A stretch of 63,566 nt of DNA, the filler included, from Folioceros fuciformis (Eukaryota): assembly GCA_049999805.1 (NCBI GenBank). It is 6 parts of 5 records of this genome, joined end to end, with 100 filler letters (N's around TTAATTAATTAA, not from the genome) between each part and the next. Parts side by side here need not be neighbours in the genome. Positions count along the whole stretch, not along the records: positions 1 to 19,687 come from JBNGIO010006169.1; 5 more parts are not named here. One strand, given 5' to 3'. Position 1 is the stretch's first letter. Each line of letters opens with the position of its first letter. Below, piece by piece: positions 1 to 12,760 of this stretch. The notes under the pieces are model-generated. The model was not told the DNA's origin, did no database searches, and saw nothing but the letters and a program-made list of their open reading frames with translations. A program made the position numbers and the translations under genes.

Positions 1-1829
1 ATGACCTAGGCAGCCAGCTGCGCCATGTGAAGGTAGCTTGGCACCACGAAAATGAGTCGTGGCTCGACTCTCGGCGCGGCTGGAGTGCGCAAGCATTCAA
101 ACTTCGTCAGGTGACAGGTATTTTGGAAGAAGTATCATCGGAGCCCGGGAAAGTTTGAAAGCCCGATGACGTAGTAAGGTGAGTGCGCGGGAATTTGTGA
201 AGAGCAGCAGTCTACTTATCCCGCCATCAAGGGGCTTCTACCCAGCCTCCAGGCTCTTGTTGTGAGACATCGAATAACCCCTGGGCCCTAGCACAGTTCA
301 TTGCATTGAAAGCTGACCCAGGAAGTTTTGATGGAGACTGATGGCTTGAAGTTGGGAGAGATGCCAACATGCCTCTGTTTGCTCCGCCCAGCTCTCCAGC
401 CCCTGCAGGGAAGGACGCGAACAGGCGGCCTCCTTGGCAGCTGGCAAGGGAGCCGCTGGGGGAGCACAAGCCTTGCGCTAATGGGGGCAGGAGGGGAGTG
501 AATCAGTTCTTTCCACGGAAGTGGTGAATGCCATCCCTCAGCCTCCTATGAATGTGAAGCAGCCTAAGCAGGTTGAGGTGGAGAAGGTTCTAATTTCGGC
601 CGTTAGAGCTGGGAAGGGCGCAGGAAGGTATGGTCATTTCGACAATGTGTCTGGCCGGCCAGGTGCACAGTCTGAGATGAGGGTTGGGTTGAAGCCCTTT
701 GAGGGGGTAAGCAGTGCTGTGGCAGCTGGGAGAGTTTCGGCGGGTGGTTTGAACAAAAGGTTGGCGGATGGGGATAGGGTCAGGGATGGCATGAATGGCT
801 CCTGCGGTGATGTGCATTGGGTGCCTTGGGATGATTTTAGTTCAGATGGCTGCAAGGCTGGAGCCATCGGGAGTGGAGATTGTCAGCGCTGTGGAGGTTG
901 GAGAAGGGGTTGAATTTGGCGCCATTTTTGGTACCCCCAGTTGCTCCGAGGATGATCATGAGGACATGGGTCCAATGGTGGAGACATCTAGCTCCCCAAA
1001 ATTGGTGAGGAAGCTGAAGGGATCCTGGCTATCCACCAGGTATAGGCTCCGCCACTCCCTCCATGCTGTGATGTGCTATGCTGAGCTGGGCTGGGCTCCC
1101 CAGTACAAGCAAACATGAAGAATGGCTTGTCTGCATAACCTCACCTGCTTTGTAGCAGGGGCAAAAGCTCCCACACAATACAATGAATTGGGAGAGCAGA
1201 CAATGCTAGGCTAGGCTAGGCCATGCCAGGGGCCATGAACCTCACAGCACACACACTAGAGGAGGATAACGATACCAAGCCTTCCTTCCCTCCCCCACTT
1301 GTCAAAACAGGAAAGAACATGACTGTTGCTCCAGTGCTCCGTGCAGGAGAGATGCCTTCCTTCACATTGAAGGTAGGTTTGTGGAGCGTTGAATCCCACC
1401 ACCTGTGCTCAGCTAGGCTCCAAGCCCGTTCATCGTCATCCCGTCCTTTGGACTTTTTCCCTTTGAGTGGGACTGTCCTTCCGGGTTGCTTCAAATCCCA
1501 CCATATATTTATCCCGAGAATATATATCGTGCCTATCAAAGAGATGGTCAGATCGCGTATTCTGAGAAACTGTCTTTTTCTTGTTTTAAACTGTGGGTTC
1601 ATAAAAAGGTCTGCCTCCCGTCTGTACTCAGGTTAGCTGAGGTATGGTACACATGCAGGAGAGCACCCTGCTGCCTCAATGACTCTGACACCTCGTTGGT
1701 GGGCATGTACGGAAAGTTGTGGGGACTAGAGGAGAGGAAAGATGCCCTGCTAGGCCTCAAAGGATGTGAGGATGTGTATCTGAGATACAAGTGGAGAGAC
1801 AGTTGTTCCCGGAATCGGACTTGATTCAG

Positions 1830-2755
1830 TAACGCGGTTCCTGTGTGTGATCGCAATGCGCGCCATGCAGTAATCATGCTGGTGGGAAGAGTGGTCTTCC
1901 CTGCGTAAGGTGCACCGCACAGGAAAAGGCGCCCGACCCGGGGCTTCACAGCCTCTTGCCCCAGATAAAGCTGCAGGAGAGTGGCACAGAGCGGAAGATC
2001 GTTTGCAATACACTGGGCGGGATAGCGTTTGCAATATACTGGGCGGGATAGCGTTTGCNNNNNNNNNNTTTGCAATATACTGGGCGGGATAGCGTTTGCA
2101 ATATACTGGGCGGGAGAGAGTTTGCAATACACTGGGCTCCCGCCTCATCCATGAAGAGAAGTCGTAAACCCAGGGTATTGAGACGGGGAGCGGTGGCCAG
2201 CATGCAATCGAGTTGCTGTCCCCCTTCAGCATCTCCCACAATGTTGCGCCTTAGGTCAAAATACTCTAGGAGAGAATCCTTGTTGAAGCCATCGACCAGA
2301 GCACCAAGTCCAGCGGCATCAAGCCCAATCTCGCGTGCCTCCAGCCGTCGCAAGCTGCGACTGGAAGCAATAAGCTGGCCCAGGGCCTTGCAACCCGCCA
2401 GCCTTCCAAAACCATCGCACCAACTCAAATCAAGAGATTCCAGGAAAGAGTTGGATGCCAGGGCCCCAACAGGACCCGCGCATTCTTCCTACCGAGCGAT
2501 GCCGATTTCCCATTTCGGACGGACCCACAGGTGGCGGGGGACACTGAGGCACTGGCCAATAGCTGTTAATACCCGCTTGCGCACCCCCCCGTGCCTGCCA
2601 TCCTTCCTTGTTGAAGCTTCGTTTGAGAAGAAATCGCCGTACTCCTCTCCGTCCAAGTCGGGGACTTCGGTCAAGACGTGCCCTTCCACATCTTCCAGCA
2701 GCCGTTGCAGCTTATCCGGCAACTCGCGCCAATCATAGTCCTCCTGCTCCTCCAT
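1830..2755 (-). pseudogene. LRR-ROC (ROCO, TORNADO1-like) gene relic
   Basis: ORF 2489..2755 and ORF 1946..2428 are in the same frame, separated by one TAG. They carry RI-like LRRs (FLESLDLSWC, LRRLEAREIGLDAAGLGALVDG, LLEYFDLRRN). After a minisatellite/gap comes AVKPRVGRLFLCGAPYAGKTTL, which matches the ROC P-loop of TRN1-type proteins. The rest of ROC-COR is absent. Confidence 0.7.
2001..2140. repeat. 26-bp minisatellite inside the LRR-ROC relic (contains a 10-N gap)
   Basis: Unit GTTTGCAATA(T/C)ACTGGGCGGGATAGC repeated about 5 times; copy number uncertain because of the gap at 2059-2068. Confidence 0.9.
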
Positions 2756-2844
2756 GCTGTGCTACGCTGCGCTTACCAAGGCAAGCAAATCTGATGAATG
2801 GAGTGTATGTATCATCCGTTTTGCAGCAAGGGCAGCATCCTCAC

Positions 2845-3100
2845 GGCACGCACTCGAGGATTGGGACACCAGACAAGGACAGGCTACGGGACAGCGACCT
2901 CACAAGCACACACTCGAGGAGGATTGGGAGACCAGACAAGGACAGGCCAGCAGCCAGCAACCTTCCAAGCAGACACTCGAGGAGGATTAGCAGACCGACC
3001 ACACAATGATCGGCTAGGGGACGGGGACATCAACCTCACAGCACACACACTCGAGGAGGATTGGCAGACCACACAATGATCGGCTAGGGGACGGAGAGAT
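2845..3100. repeat. Degenerate ~60-70-bp tandem repeat, with a related copy at ~1195-1270
   Basis: Recurring CACACTCGAGGAGGATTGG..AGAC and AACCTCACAGCACACACACT motifs; the second motif also occurs at 1238-1266. Confidence 0.75.
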
Positions 3101-3329
3101 TCCCCACGCGCTCTCTCTCTCTCTGTCTGCGACCAGTGGATATTCCTCCTCCGCACTTGCGTGCAGTATTTTATCAAACCACACCTAGGCGTAGGTGTTG
3201 TGGACTGATTCGGCCAGCCTGCATCGTGGACAGGAAAGGCTACACTTTTCTGAGAAGCTGCTTCCAACCCTCCTTCGAATTCTTTCCCCCCTACTTGTCA
3301 GAACACGGCATCACTCTTGCTACACTGCT

Positions 3330-3513
3330 GCTTGCCCGAAAGATGACTTCCTTGCAAAGGAAGACTGCTTGCCAGAAAGATGACTTCCTTGCAAAGCAAG
3401 ACTGCTTGCCAGAAAGATGACTTCCTTGCCAAGAAAGACTGCTTGCCAGAAAGATGACTTCCTTGCGAAGGAAGACTGCTTGCCAGAAAGATGACTTCCT
3501 TGCAAAGGAAGAC
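3330..3513. repeat. 37-bp minisatellite x5 with internal palindrome
   Basis: Unit GCCAGAAAGATGACTTCCTTGCAAAGGAAGACTGCTT, head-to-tail with no spacers; CTTCCTT-GCA-AAGGAAG can form a hairpin. Confidence 0.92.
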
Positions 3514-4491
3514 AGGTGCAGTAGGTACAGCAGGTTTGTGGACAGTAGGACCCAGCACGTGCGCCCAGCTCAGCTAGGTTCCTAGCGCATTCATCGTCAT
3601 CCCTTCCTTTAGACTCATCCGGGGAAACGCGGCTTGTCCGGACCAAGCGCGTTGAATGAGAATGCCCTTTTGGGTTCCTTCAAGTCGGCCATTCTACTCT
3701 ACCTTGATTACATACATATCTTGCCTGCCGCGAGGAGAAAAGTGAGATTGCTTGCATATGCGAACGAGGAACAGTCCGTTTGTCAGTCTCAGTCGTGAGT
3801 GCATTACTGAAAAAGGTGAGGACGCTGCTGCCTCAATGCCGTCTGGCGCCTGCTTGGTGGCCATGTACGCATTTAAACTGCGGGGACTCGAGGATTGATG
3901 CCATGCTTGGCCTGACAGGATGGGTAGTCGACTTGGACAGACTGCCCTTACATATGTATCCAGCATGGACTTGGTGACGAGGCACTTGCCGTGTATGAAC
4001 GCATGTAGGTGGCGGGGCCCTCATGTTGCTCTTTGTTGCCTTCGTGGTGTTCTTTTAAGATGCAGGCACTTGGCCACAGGGGACTACAAACGTGTGGCCA
4101 CGGGTACGGTCCTTCATGGGAGGTCAGAAGGCAACAGCTTGTTGCGAGCAGATGTTACTTAGTCGTACTATATTCAGCCTTGACAATTATCTTGGACTTT
4201 GACACAATAAGATGAAAGCCCTTCAGCCAAGAATGAGTAGCATGTATCAAGACTTGTTCTTGTGCCCAGATCATGAGCCTCAGGCCTCCCAAACACAAGA
4301 ACAGGGTACAGACTATGCCCTCCCTGCCTTGACCCACCGTCTCTACAGCTATTGCTCATTTGATCCGTTGCAGGTCCAGACTGGCACAGCATTTCCAATT
4401 AGTCTTAGAGCTGCCTCAATTCTCCATACGAGGGGGTAGTCTCAACTTCTCTGATCAAGAACCTCTGATGATATTTTGTGTTGAAGTTGCA

Positions 4492-4628
4492 ACAAGCTGA
4501 AGTCCCTCAAGCATGCCCTGCCATCATCAAGGACCCACAAGCTGAAGTTCCTCTAGCATGCCCTGCCATCATCAAGGACCCACAAGCTGAAGTTCCTCGA
4601 GCATGCCCTGCCATCATCAAGCACCAAG
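4492..4628. repeat. 45-bp tandem repeat x3
   Basis: ACAAGCTGAAGTTCCTC..GCATGCCCTGCCATCATCAAGGACCC repeated three times. Confidence 0.9.
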
Positions 4629-5635
4629 TTGAGTCAATACCAGAATGCTTTGTGTTCTTCAAGTCCTGTTCGTAGACCTTAGGCTCTCAAGTTGCAAGAT
4701 ATGTATTCGTGACTGATGACTGCAAGTGTAACTGTGAGTGTGTCTAATTCATACACCAATAATTGCCTTGAAAGGCTATCTTTAATCATTGCCTTGAGAC
4801 GATATCTTTTCAGTAGAGGCCTGAATGACTAGCAGGCCCATGACCAGGAGCAGCATTTCACAGTTCTCTTGTAGCTAGAAAAGCACTCCTTTACAGTGTG
4901 CCAACAAGAAAAGTAGAAGGATTGAGCATCTCGGGGAATGCTTTCCTTCAACCGCTGCGGGACACATCCAAGAAAGACCTGATTGCTCACTGCTTGGCGA
5001 GCAAGCTGAATAAGTATCGACAAGGTGAAGAAGGGAGCAAGGGCTTTTCTATGTCGAGAACTGCTTGTTTCAAAGACAAAAGAGCTCAGTTCCCGGAAAC
5101 CGGCACCTGCGACTATTCCTACGGCCAGAAACATAGTCTCGGGTCCGGTGTTTCTGTTCATCGGAATGCTGTCCTTGCAAAATGGCCGTCGCCCACTCAA
5201 TTGAAGTCTCCTCCTGGCCGCAAGATCAATCGGAGCCATGGGAAGGTCTTGGTGACCTCAGCACAGGCATTGGTCGGGCTTGGCAGTCATCTTAGTGTCT
5301 TTGGGACCTCAAGTTACAGTACTTCGCTTCCGAAAGTGTTGGCTCGAATGGTTGGTGAATCATCTCGTTTGCATCTACGTTTATCACCGATTCTTTGCGA
5401 TCACGAAGTCAGGGAAATGTTGTTTGTTGCCCTCCTTGAAACTTGCATTCAATCACGAAATGGAGCCTGCAATTCTGTTTGTTCAATGCAGAAAGACAAC
5501 CCACACCCTCGAGCTTCCGTCCTGTTGCGGGCTGTAAATGGGTGCCTGTGTGCCTGGACAAAGAAACGACTCCGGCAGCATTTGCTTGAATCACCTCAAG
5601 ATCAAGTTTAATGGAAAACGTTTTCTCCGTTATTT

Positions 5636-5790
5636 CCTGACAATCTGGCTGCAGCGAAATCAGACAGGGTAGACTTTTCTTGACAATTTGGCTGCAGCGA
5701 AATCAGACAGGGTAGCTTTTCCTGACAATCTGGCTGCAACGACATCAGACAGGGTACACAATCTGGCGGCAACGACAGTAGACAGGATAG
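5636..5790. repeat. ~40-bp tandem repeat x4
   Basis: CTGACAATCTGGCTGCAGCGAAATCAGACAGGGTAG repeated with decay. Confidence 0.85.
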
Positions 5791-6949
5791 GGTATCTGGA
5801 TACGATGTCAGATCATGCTTTTTTCAGCTGGGGATAGCAAACACCCAGCAAGGCGGGGACACCTTGTTTCAACAGTCGATCTCTGATCTGGGTTCTTCCA
5901 CACTGTGTGCTCACCAATATAAAGATCCTAGGCTGCGGCGGGCCAAATTGTTCCTCATGATATATACAGGTTCGTCCTCATGTGCATCGCAATCAGCATC
6001 AACGTTTTGATGATCAATCCCAGGATGGCAAGGCACGTAATACTGGGAGTGGTGCTGAGGGACAGCTTGTAACAATGGGAGTCAAGAGGGAAGCAGTGGC
6101 TGTGTTGGGAGATCATGCATTTTTGGGGTAGGTGAGGAAAATCAAGGCTCCTCTTCACTCGCATTTCCAGTAGACTCTGGAGGAGAGAATCTCCGCACCG
6201 GAATTGTGCAACGGTTACGTTACCCTGGCATGGAAATGGAAACATGCATGGAAGATTACCATGGCATCACAGTTTCCTTGCCATGGTAACCTTCTGGCTA
6301 TAGGTCACCATGGGAAGAAACCATGTGTGGTTGCCATGCACGTTGGAAGGTTATCATGACAAGTAAACATGTGATGCGACAAACGTGCCGTGCCCTCTTG
6401 GGAAACCTGAAGGAGTTTGGGCTTTTGGATGGACGTGTCATGTGGTGTTTCATGCCAGGAGAGTTGTGACTGCATGTTGGCTGATGAAAGAAGGGTTTCC
6501 ATACCTATTTTCAGGGCTTTTGATGGGCACCAATGGAACGGTGATGCACTTGCTCTTTAGTGGAGTAATGGCCAGATGAAACATGACCGAGCTTTGTCAC
6601 CACTGTCACCAAACCTCTCATAGCACACCAGCGAGGACTCCTATCTAAGTTTCACGGATCTGGCTGGAGCCCTGAGCTGTACACGCAGGATACGAAGCGT
6701 CAGGCTGTGGGATCACTCGCCTTCACCTGGACCGCCTGCTTTTGCTGGTGCTGGCAGCTGGTCATCTTCAAACTCGCCCCCCATCCGACTCATCTTCTTC
6801 AGGGCCGCATCTTCTGTGATCACTGACTGCTCGCTCACGGGATTTCCGGGTCTGCCAGCAGGACTCACACCAACAGAACTCATGCCTGTCGTTCTGGAGA
6901 AGACAAGTTCCTGTGCAATCACGTCTTGCAAATGTATTCTTCTCATGGC

Positions 6950-7680
6950 ACGTTGCAAGAAGCTGTGGATGTGTTGAAGTGAGTGTCCAAACCAGATGCT
7001 TTCACGTGGTCTCCCATAATCTCTGTAAACGTTAAGCAGGGAGAGGATAAGCAGGCCCTAGAGCTGTACCATAGGATGCGGCGGTCGAGTGTGAAGGCAG
7101 GTGGCCTGTTTTTGTATCAGCCCTTCAGGCTCGTGCGAGGGGAGCAGACTTCAAGTCTGGGGTGGAGGTGAATGCAGGTTTGTGCCAGTGCGGGCACTGT
7201 GGATTTGGAGCAGGGGAAGCAGCGTCGTGTAAGGATTTTAGACCTAGGACATCAAGCTGATGTCTTCATAGCCAGCAGGTTGATAAATATGTAGGCAAAG
7301 GATGGCAGCCTGGCTGATGCCCAAAGAGGTTTTGACGGGCTTCCTCAAAAGGATATGGTGACATGGAGTCCCATGATAGCAGGATATGGGAAACACGGCA
7401 TGGAGCAGAGGGCCTTGATCTGTACAGGAATATGCGAGGAGACATCATTGTACAGGATCCTGTGACATTTGTTTGCCTCCTCCACGCACGTGCTTGTAGG
7501 GCTATGGAACTAAAGGGGTTGTTGGTGTTTTCAGGGAAATGGAACTAGAAGGGATTATTGCACCCGATCCCGTGGCATTGTGTGCTTCCTTCAGGATTGT
7601 GCAAGTGTGGCAGCCTGTGGGAAGGCAGCTTCATGTGGGAAGGCAGCATTATGCACAGGTAAAAGAACAGGGGCTTTCAA
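6950..7680 (+). pseudogene. Degenerate PLS-class PPR gene
   Basis: PPR-like segments in shifting frames: PDAFTWSPIISVNVKQGEDKQALELYHRM, GAEGLDLYRNMRGDIIVQDPVTFVCLL. Multiple stops and frameshifts. Confidence 0.75.
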
Positions 7681-8269
7681 GGTATCTACGAGCTGATTAG
7701 CTGAATCTATTGTATCACCCATCACCTAGTGTTATCACCGATCAGTAGACCCGTTCCGCAAGTTACCTCCGTCCATACGTCTGGACAGAAACAAGAGAAA
7801 GGCATGACTTGCGTGCATCTGGTTTCCTGTCTGTGGCTTGCGTTAACTCAGCCGAAAATTGTAGTATGCCCTTCGTGTCCTGAAAAGCTCGACCCCAGCA
7901 CAAATGTGTAGTCGTCACGGGACCCGAGATGATCAACAATAAGTGAGACGGATGCGGTGAACTCGAGACGTGCAATGGAGTATCGAAGCATTCCGGACAG
8001 AACCGGAATCCATCCAATTTGGTTTCCATTTGAGGAGCTCGAGTGAGCTCAGGCCAAACATTGAAGTACGCAGCTTTTTGTGTCCCGCGCACGGTATTCT
8101 TTAGTAAGAGGCGAAAGAACAACACGCTCTGCACAGAACACGCAGCTCTGCGACAAAATTCACCATCTCATGTTAAATAGCAAGCAAGGGCAACAAAGAC
8201 GCAGGACGCACTATGGGATAAATGATTCATGTACGGAGCGAACTTCTGCCCCGAGTCAAGGGAGCGTGT

Positions 8270-8500
8270 GAGATGGACTCGGAACGCTATGATTGCAGGA
8301 TATTCGCAGCAGGTGAAGGGGCGACAAGACCTCCTTCTTTACAACGCCATGCAAGAAGAAGCCATCGTTGCACCTGATTTTGTGACATCTGTGTGCTTCC
8401 TGCAGGCATGTGCAAGCATGGCAGCTTTGCATATGAGAAGACAGCTGTATGCGCTGATAGAAATGAAGAACATCAGGCAGCCGGCAATTGTTTCCTTCTC
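8270..8500 (+). pseudogene. PPR motif fragment
   Basis: NAMIAGYSQQVKGRQDLLLYNAMQEEAIVAPDFVTSVCFLQACASMAALHMRRQLYALI resembles the P/L motifs of the PPR gene at 41029-42289. Confidence 0.75.
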
Positions 8501-11499
8501 ACCAGGTCTGTCATGAGTTGCCGAAAGAGATAACCTCACCAGGATCGCGCTGACTGCCAAAAACAGCCCGTCAAGGAGACAGTTAAGAGGTTTTTGACCC
8601 GGTTCACAGAACAAGAGAGGACGGCATGCAGACAGAATAGCTCTAGCAAAGACAGTGCCTCTAGAACCGTTCAACCGATTCATGCTGCCGTTTGGCACAC
8701 ACCATTAGGCTCTGTCGAAAATGGACCAAGAGAGACGCTGCACTCCAATTCTAGACGAAGTAGTGAAGTTAGACAAGACAGAAGCACTTACTTAGGATTC
8801 AGAGGTCGAAGATGTACACAGATTCTGGAGCTCATTCGACCAACATAGTCCCCACCGAAACAAGTAATTTCAGAACAAACTTGTAAGGAGAAGTTTAGGT
8901 TAGATTTAGGATTAGGGTTAGGGCTAGGGCTGAGGAGTACGCATTCGAGAGAAGAGGTGCTGTAGGTCGCGTCCTGTGTGTGCTTGCGATTCACCTGTCT
9001 GTAGTTGGGGATGTCAGGCAGGTGTCCAGCCTCCTGTTCGAATCACCGTGCATGACTCATGTCTGCAGGTCCTGAATGCCGTGCCGGCAGTTGAAGTATG
9101 CGGGTTTCGACTCTAAGGCAGGACAACCCGTGTGCTCGTGTCTGTAAGCTAGCCTTTTGAGTTGGGACTGGCTTTGGCAGGTTGTGTTCGTAGAGGCGAT
9201 GTGAGCTGATCGCGATTCGTAGTCGGGTAGATAGTGGAGGAGTTTTCATCCTTATGTCACGTTTTTGTCGATGAAGGTCTCCGCACAGTCCTCTGCTGCT
9301 AGGTTGACGCTCCGTGCGGAGGAAGGTTTCAGTGTGGGTTTAGGGAGCCAAGCAGACCCTATCCTCGCACCTTTAAAAGCAACAAGGTTAGCTTTGCTCT
9401 GAGCCTTGTTGAAGAAAGGGTTGCCATAGTGACAAGATTTCTGGGCAGATGGAGGGATACACGTATGACCTTTGAACTTCAATCAGCGATCTGACACTTT
9501 CGTGTGCATCGAAAAGACGTCTGGACTGTTGGGGGTGTTAGCGGGTGTGGGGCTGTGCATGTGTGATTTGTGGTACACACTTAATCCGAACTAGGTCTCT
9601 ACGTAGAGAAGAGTGGATGTTAGAGAATTTTACACTCTGCTCTCTCTAGTATGTCGAGAGCACCCTGACGTGGTTGTGTTATCCTGTGTTATCTATCCCT
9701 ACTTTCTTGACCAAGGACCGGTCGATGTGGAGTTCTGGCACGCAGTTGGACTTCGGACGAATTGGAGGATAAGGCATTTTGATACGACCAACCCGTGAAA
9801 GCAGCTGTGCAAGACACTGTTTGTGGACAGGGAGCCTGCACCCATGAGAAGACAGAGCCACGGGGCGTTGAGCAGTTACGTACTTAATCCACTCCGGTCT
9901 AAATCTCTTCGGTACCAGTCTGCCTCACTCATGAACTGTTTTGATAGCTGCATTTCAAAATGGGGCCTTGTTGTCAGCTGACTCTCTGCAAGTGTATCGG
10001 TCATGTCATCCTTGTATGCTTATGTTACTTTTAGAAGCTCCTAAATTCAGTATCACCTGTGGCTCCGTCCTAGTAGACAAGGAAGCACCTCTGAACCCCC
10101 GAGTCCCCTGTTCTCCGCAATGCCCCTGTCCGTAGTGTCCACCTTGTCTGGCGTATGGCTCCATGTTTTTCATTTCTCCGAAATCTTCGGTTTCGCTGTG
10201 AATGAACCAGGCCATGCAACCACTGAAGTGGGGACGAGCTAAGTGTCGAGAATGTCAGAACCATCTATGTTATTCGCTCTAGTGACTCTGAGTTCGCTGC
10301 ACCGGAAGGAGGTTACAGTAGACAAGTCGGGGGAGAACGCAAAACGTTCGACTGCTCTATTGTAATCTCCTTCCGGCGTCCGCGAATCATATTTGTGAAT
10401 TCCTACTAGAGGTTTCTTCCAAACCCTAAACTCGTAGGTACTACTGTTGCGCGGTCCTTCCGTTTTGTTTTGTTTGAAATTCAAAATTTGTTCGGTCGGA
10501 GTGGAAAATTTATAGTCGTTTTTAAAATCTTGAGCTTTCTTTTTTTATATCGAACATCTTTAATTCCAAGTTCTGTTTTGTTGGAATGGATTTTTTCCAT
10601 TCCAACGTCTTAAAAATTTTAAGGTCCTACAGTCTAAGTATAACATCCTCAGCAGATCCTCAGTCCGAAGTCGGTCAGTTTAGCCGTCCCCACCATCGCA
10701 GGGAGCGATAGGGTCCCAACAATGTACGGTAACAAATCGGATTTTCTGTCCATCCTGATACAACGACTATGAAGCACACGTGGCGCAGTTCAAGTAAACT
10801 GAAGCAGAGATTTAACGACATCCAGCTTTGTTTTACTTTGTAGAACTCGTTAGAGCTCAGCCAAAAAATTGGAGGATGCTGCTATTTGTGTCCCGTGCAC
10901 GGTATTCTTTAGTAAAAGGCGAAAGAATAGTTCGCTTTGCACTGAGCACACAGCTATACACGTATCTACCAGCCACTTCGCTTTAAGTAGTAAGTCAAAG
11001 GCGACGAAGGAACACCAGACAATATGGGTTAAAATGAATGGATGTACGGACCGGCCTTCCGCCTCGCCTCATGTGCGGAGCAGAAATCGACATAAGGTTG
11101 GTTGAAAGGCCCAGGATTTGAACTTCTACATGCCTCGAATATTTGCTGAATCCATGGACATGGATTCTCAATTTTCAAAGCCGATTTGTCTGGAGAATTT
11201 TTCATCTTGCTCCAGGTGCTGTGCACTTTCAATCGAGTGATGGGTGAAGCGCGTTTTCGATTGTGGAGACAGTTTCCTGGGCACGCCAATGCTGAGAGCA
11301 AACAGGCATCCCAGGCCGCTGGGCGCTGGATGATCAGTTTCTGGGCACAGCAGTGCTGAGAGCAGCAGGTATTTCATGAGAGATCCCTCTCAAACGAGTT
11401 CGAAGGATGCAGGTTTGACAAACAACGAAGACACGGACTGCACCACTTTTGCAAGCAAGCCAGTGTGTTCAACAAGATGGGTGGCTCGACACGGGCTCA

Positions 11500-12760
11500 T
11501 TTGATAATAGCTCCTTCTGGACTCCAGGTTTTGGTGGAATCGCAGGCAGGGATCCCTGAACAATCTCTGCAAAAACGGATGGATGGATGGATGTGCAGCT
11601 GGCTGCTATTGATGGGCATGCTGCATCTTCGCCCAAATGGAGCGTGGGGCATGGTCTTGGCCATGGCAGACTTGCAAGATGTGCTTGCAGGCAACAGTTG
11701 GGTAAACATGTATGCAATGTGCGGTGATCTAAAGGACGGTCGGATTGTCTTTGATGGCCCTGTACAGGAGGACGTGGTAACTTGGTATGCTTTAGTAGCA
11801 GGATGGTGCCCAGGGCATGAGCAGGAAGCCCTCGCTCTTTTCAGGGCTATGCGTGAAGGCAGCAGGGCTGCAGCTGATGGTGTATCGTTTGTATCCGTCC
11901 TCCAGGCATGTGCAAGTATTGGCACGAAAGATTTAAACAAGGGAAAGCAGCTTCATGTGCAGATGAGTGACCCAGGGCTTCTAGTTGTATGGTTTTCCGA
12001 TTACAGCAATGCTTAGAGCAACAGGCATTTCAGGGAGAGCTCCCTCTCAAATGACTTCAAATGATCGCCTCATATTTCCAGAAGGGGACGAGGCACGAAT
12101 CCCGTCGTCTGCACTGGAATATTCAAGATGAAGGTATCGTTGCAGCTGATGCTGTCACATTTGTATGCCTCCTGCAGGTACGTGGAATTCTGGACCCACC
12201 TGCTTTGGATGATGGGAAGCAGGTTCACGCTCAAATTAGGGAACAAGGGCTTGAAAAGGATGCATCTTTAGGCAGCAGTTTGGTGAACGTGTATGCAAAT
12301 TGTGGCGACCTAAAGGATTCTCGGAGTGTGTTTGATAACCTTGTTGACAAGAACGTTCTGACGTGGAATGCTTTCATAGCAGGATGTGCCCCAGCAGGGC
12401 ATGGGCAGGAAGCCCTCGCTCTTTTCACGGCTATGCATGAAGACAGCACGGCTGCACCTGATGCTCTGACTTTTGTACAAAATCCGTCCTGCAATCATGT
12501 GCAAGTATTGGCACGAAAGCTTTAAAGGAGGGAAAGCAGCTTCATATGCAGACCAGAGACCGAGGGCTTCAAGTTGATGTGTTCGTAGCCAACAGCTTGG
12601 CCGACATGTAAACAACTTGAAGGATGCTCAGGGCGTGTTTTGATGAACGCTGACAGTAGCATGTGATTGCAGAACTCGGAATGCTATGATTTCAGAACAT
12701 CCCCAGCAAGGTATGAATCGGGAAGCTGTTCTCCTTTACAACGCCATGCAAGAAGAAGGA
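11500..12760 (+). pseudogene. Degenerate PLS-class PPR gene
   Basis: GNSWVNMYAMCGDLKDGRIVFDG..DVVTWYALVAG and LGSSLVNVYANCGDLKDSRSVFDNLVDKNVLTWNAFIAG are S/P motifs. Broken by stops and frameshifts (for example at ~12016 and ~12485). Confidence 0.85.

Noticed and set aside
1-1150. Possible LINE ORF1 or low-complexity coding remnant
   Set aside because: Pro/Ser-rich minus-strand frames but no diagnostic motif.
3330-3513. 37-bp palindromic repeats resembling a CRISPR array
   Set aside because: Units are contiguous with no unique spacers, there are no cas genes, and the context is eukaryotic; this is a minisatellite. The same applies to the arrays at 16085, 16442 and 39820.
6251-6294. 16-bp imperfect hairpin, possible miRNA precursor
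   Set aside because: Stem too short for a plant pre-miRNA and it lies in CCATGG-rich repetitive sequence.
8895-8930. Telomere-like TTAGGG runs (also ~24054, 24113, 39611)
   Set aside because: Only 2-4 degenerate units; common telo-box-like sequence, no evidence of a chromosome end.
8508-10079. Possible solo LTR (TGTC...GACA) interrupting the PPR region
   Set aside because: Flanking 5-mers (AGGTC vs AGGAA) do not match and no PBS or PPT was seen; boundaries unsupported.
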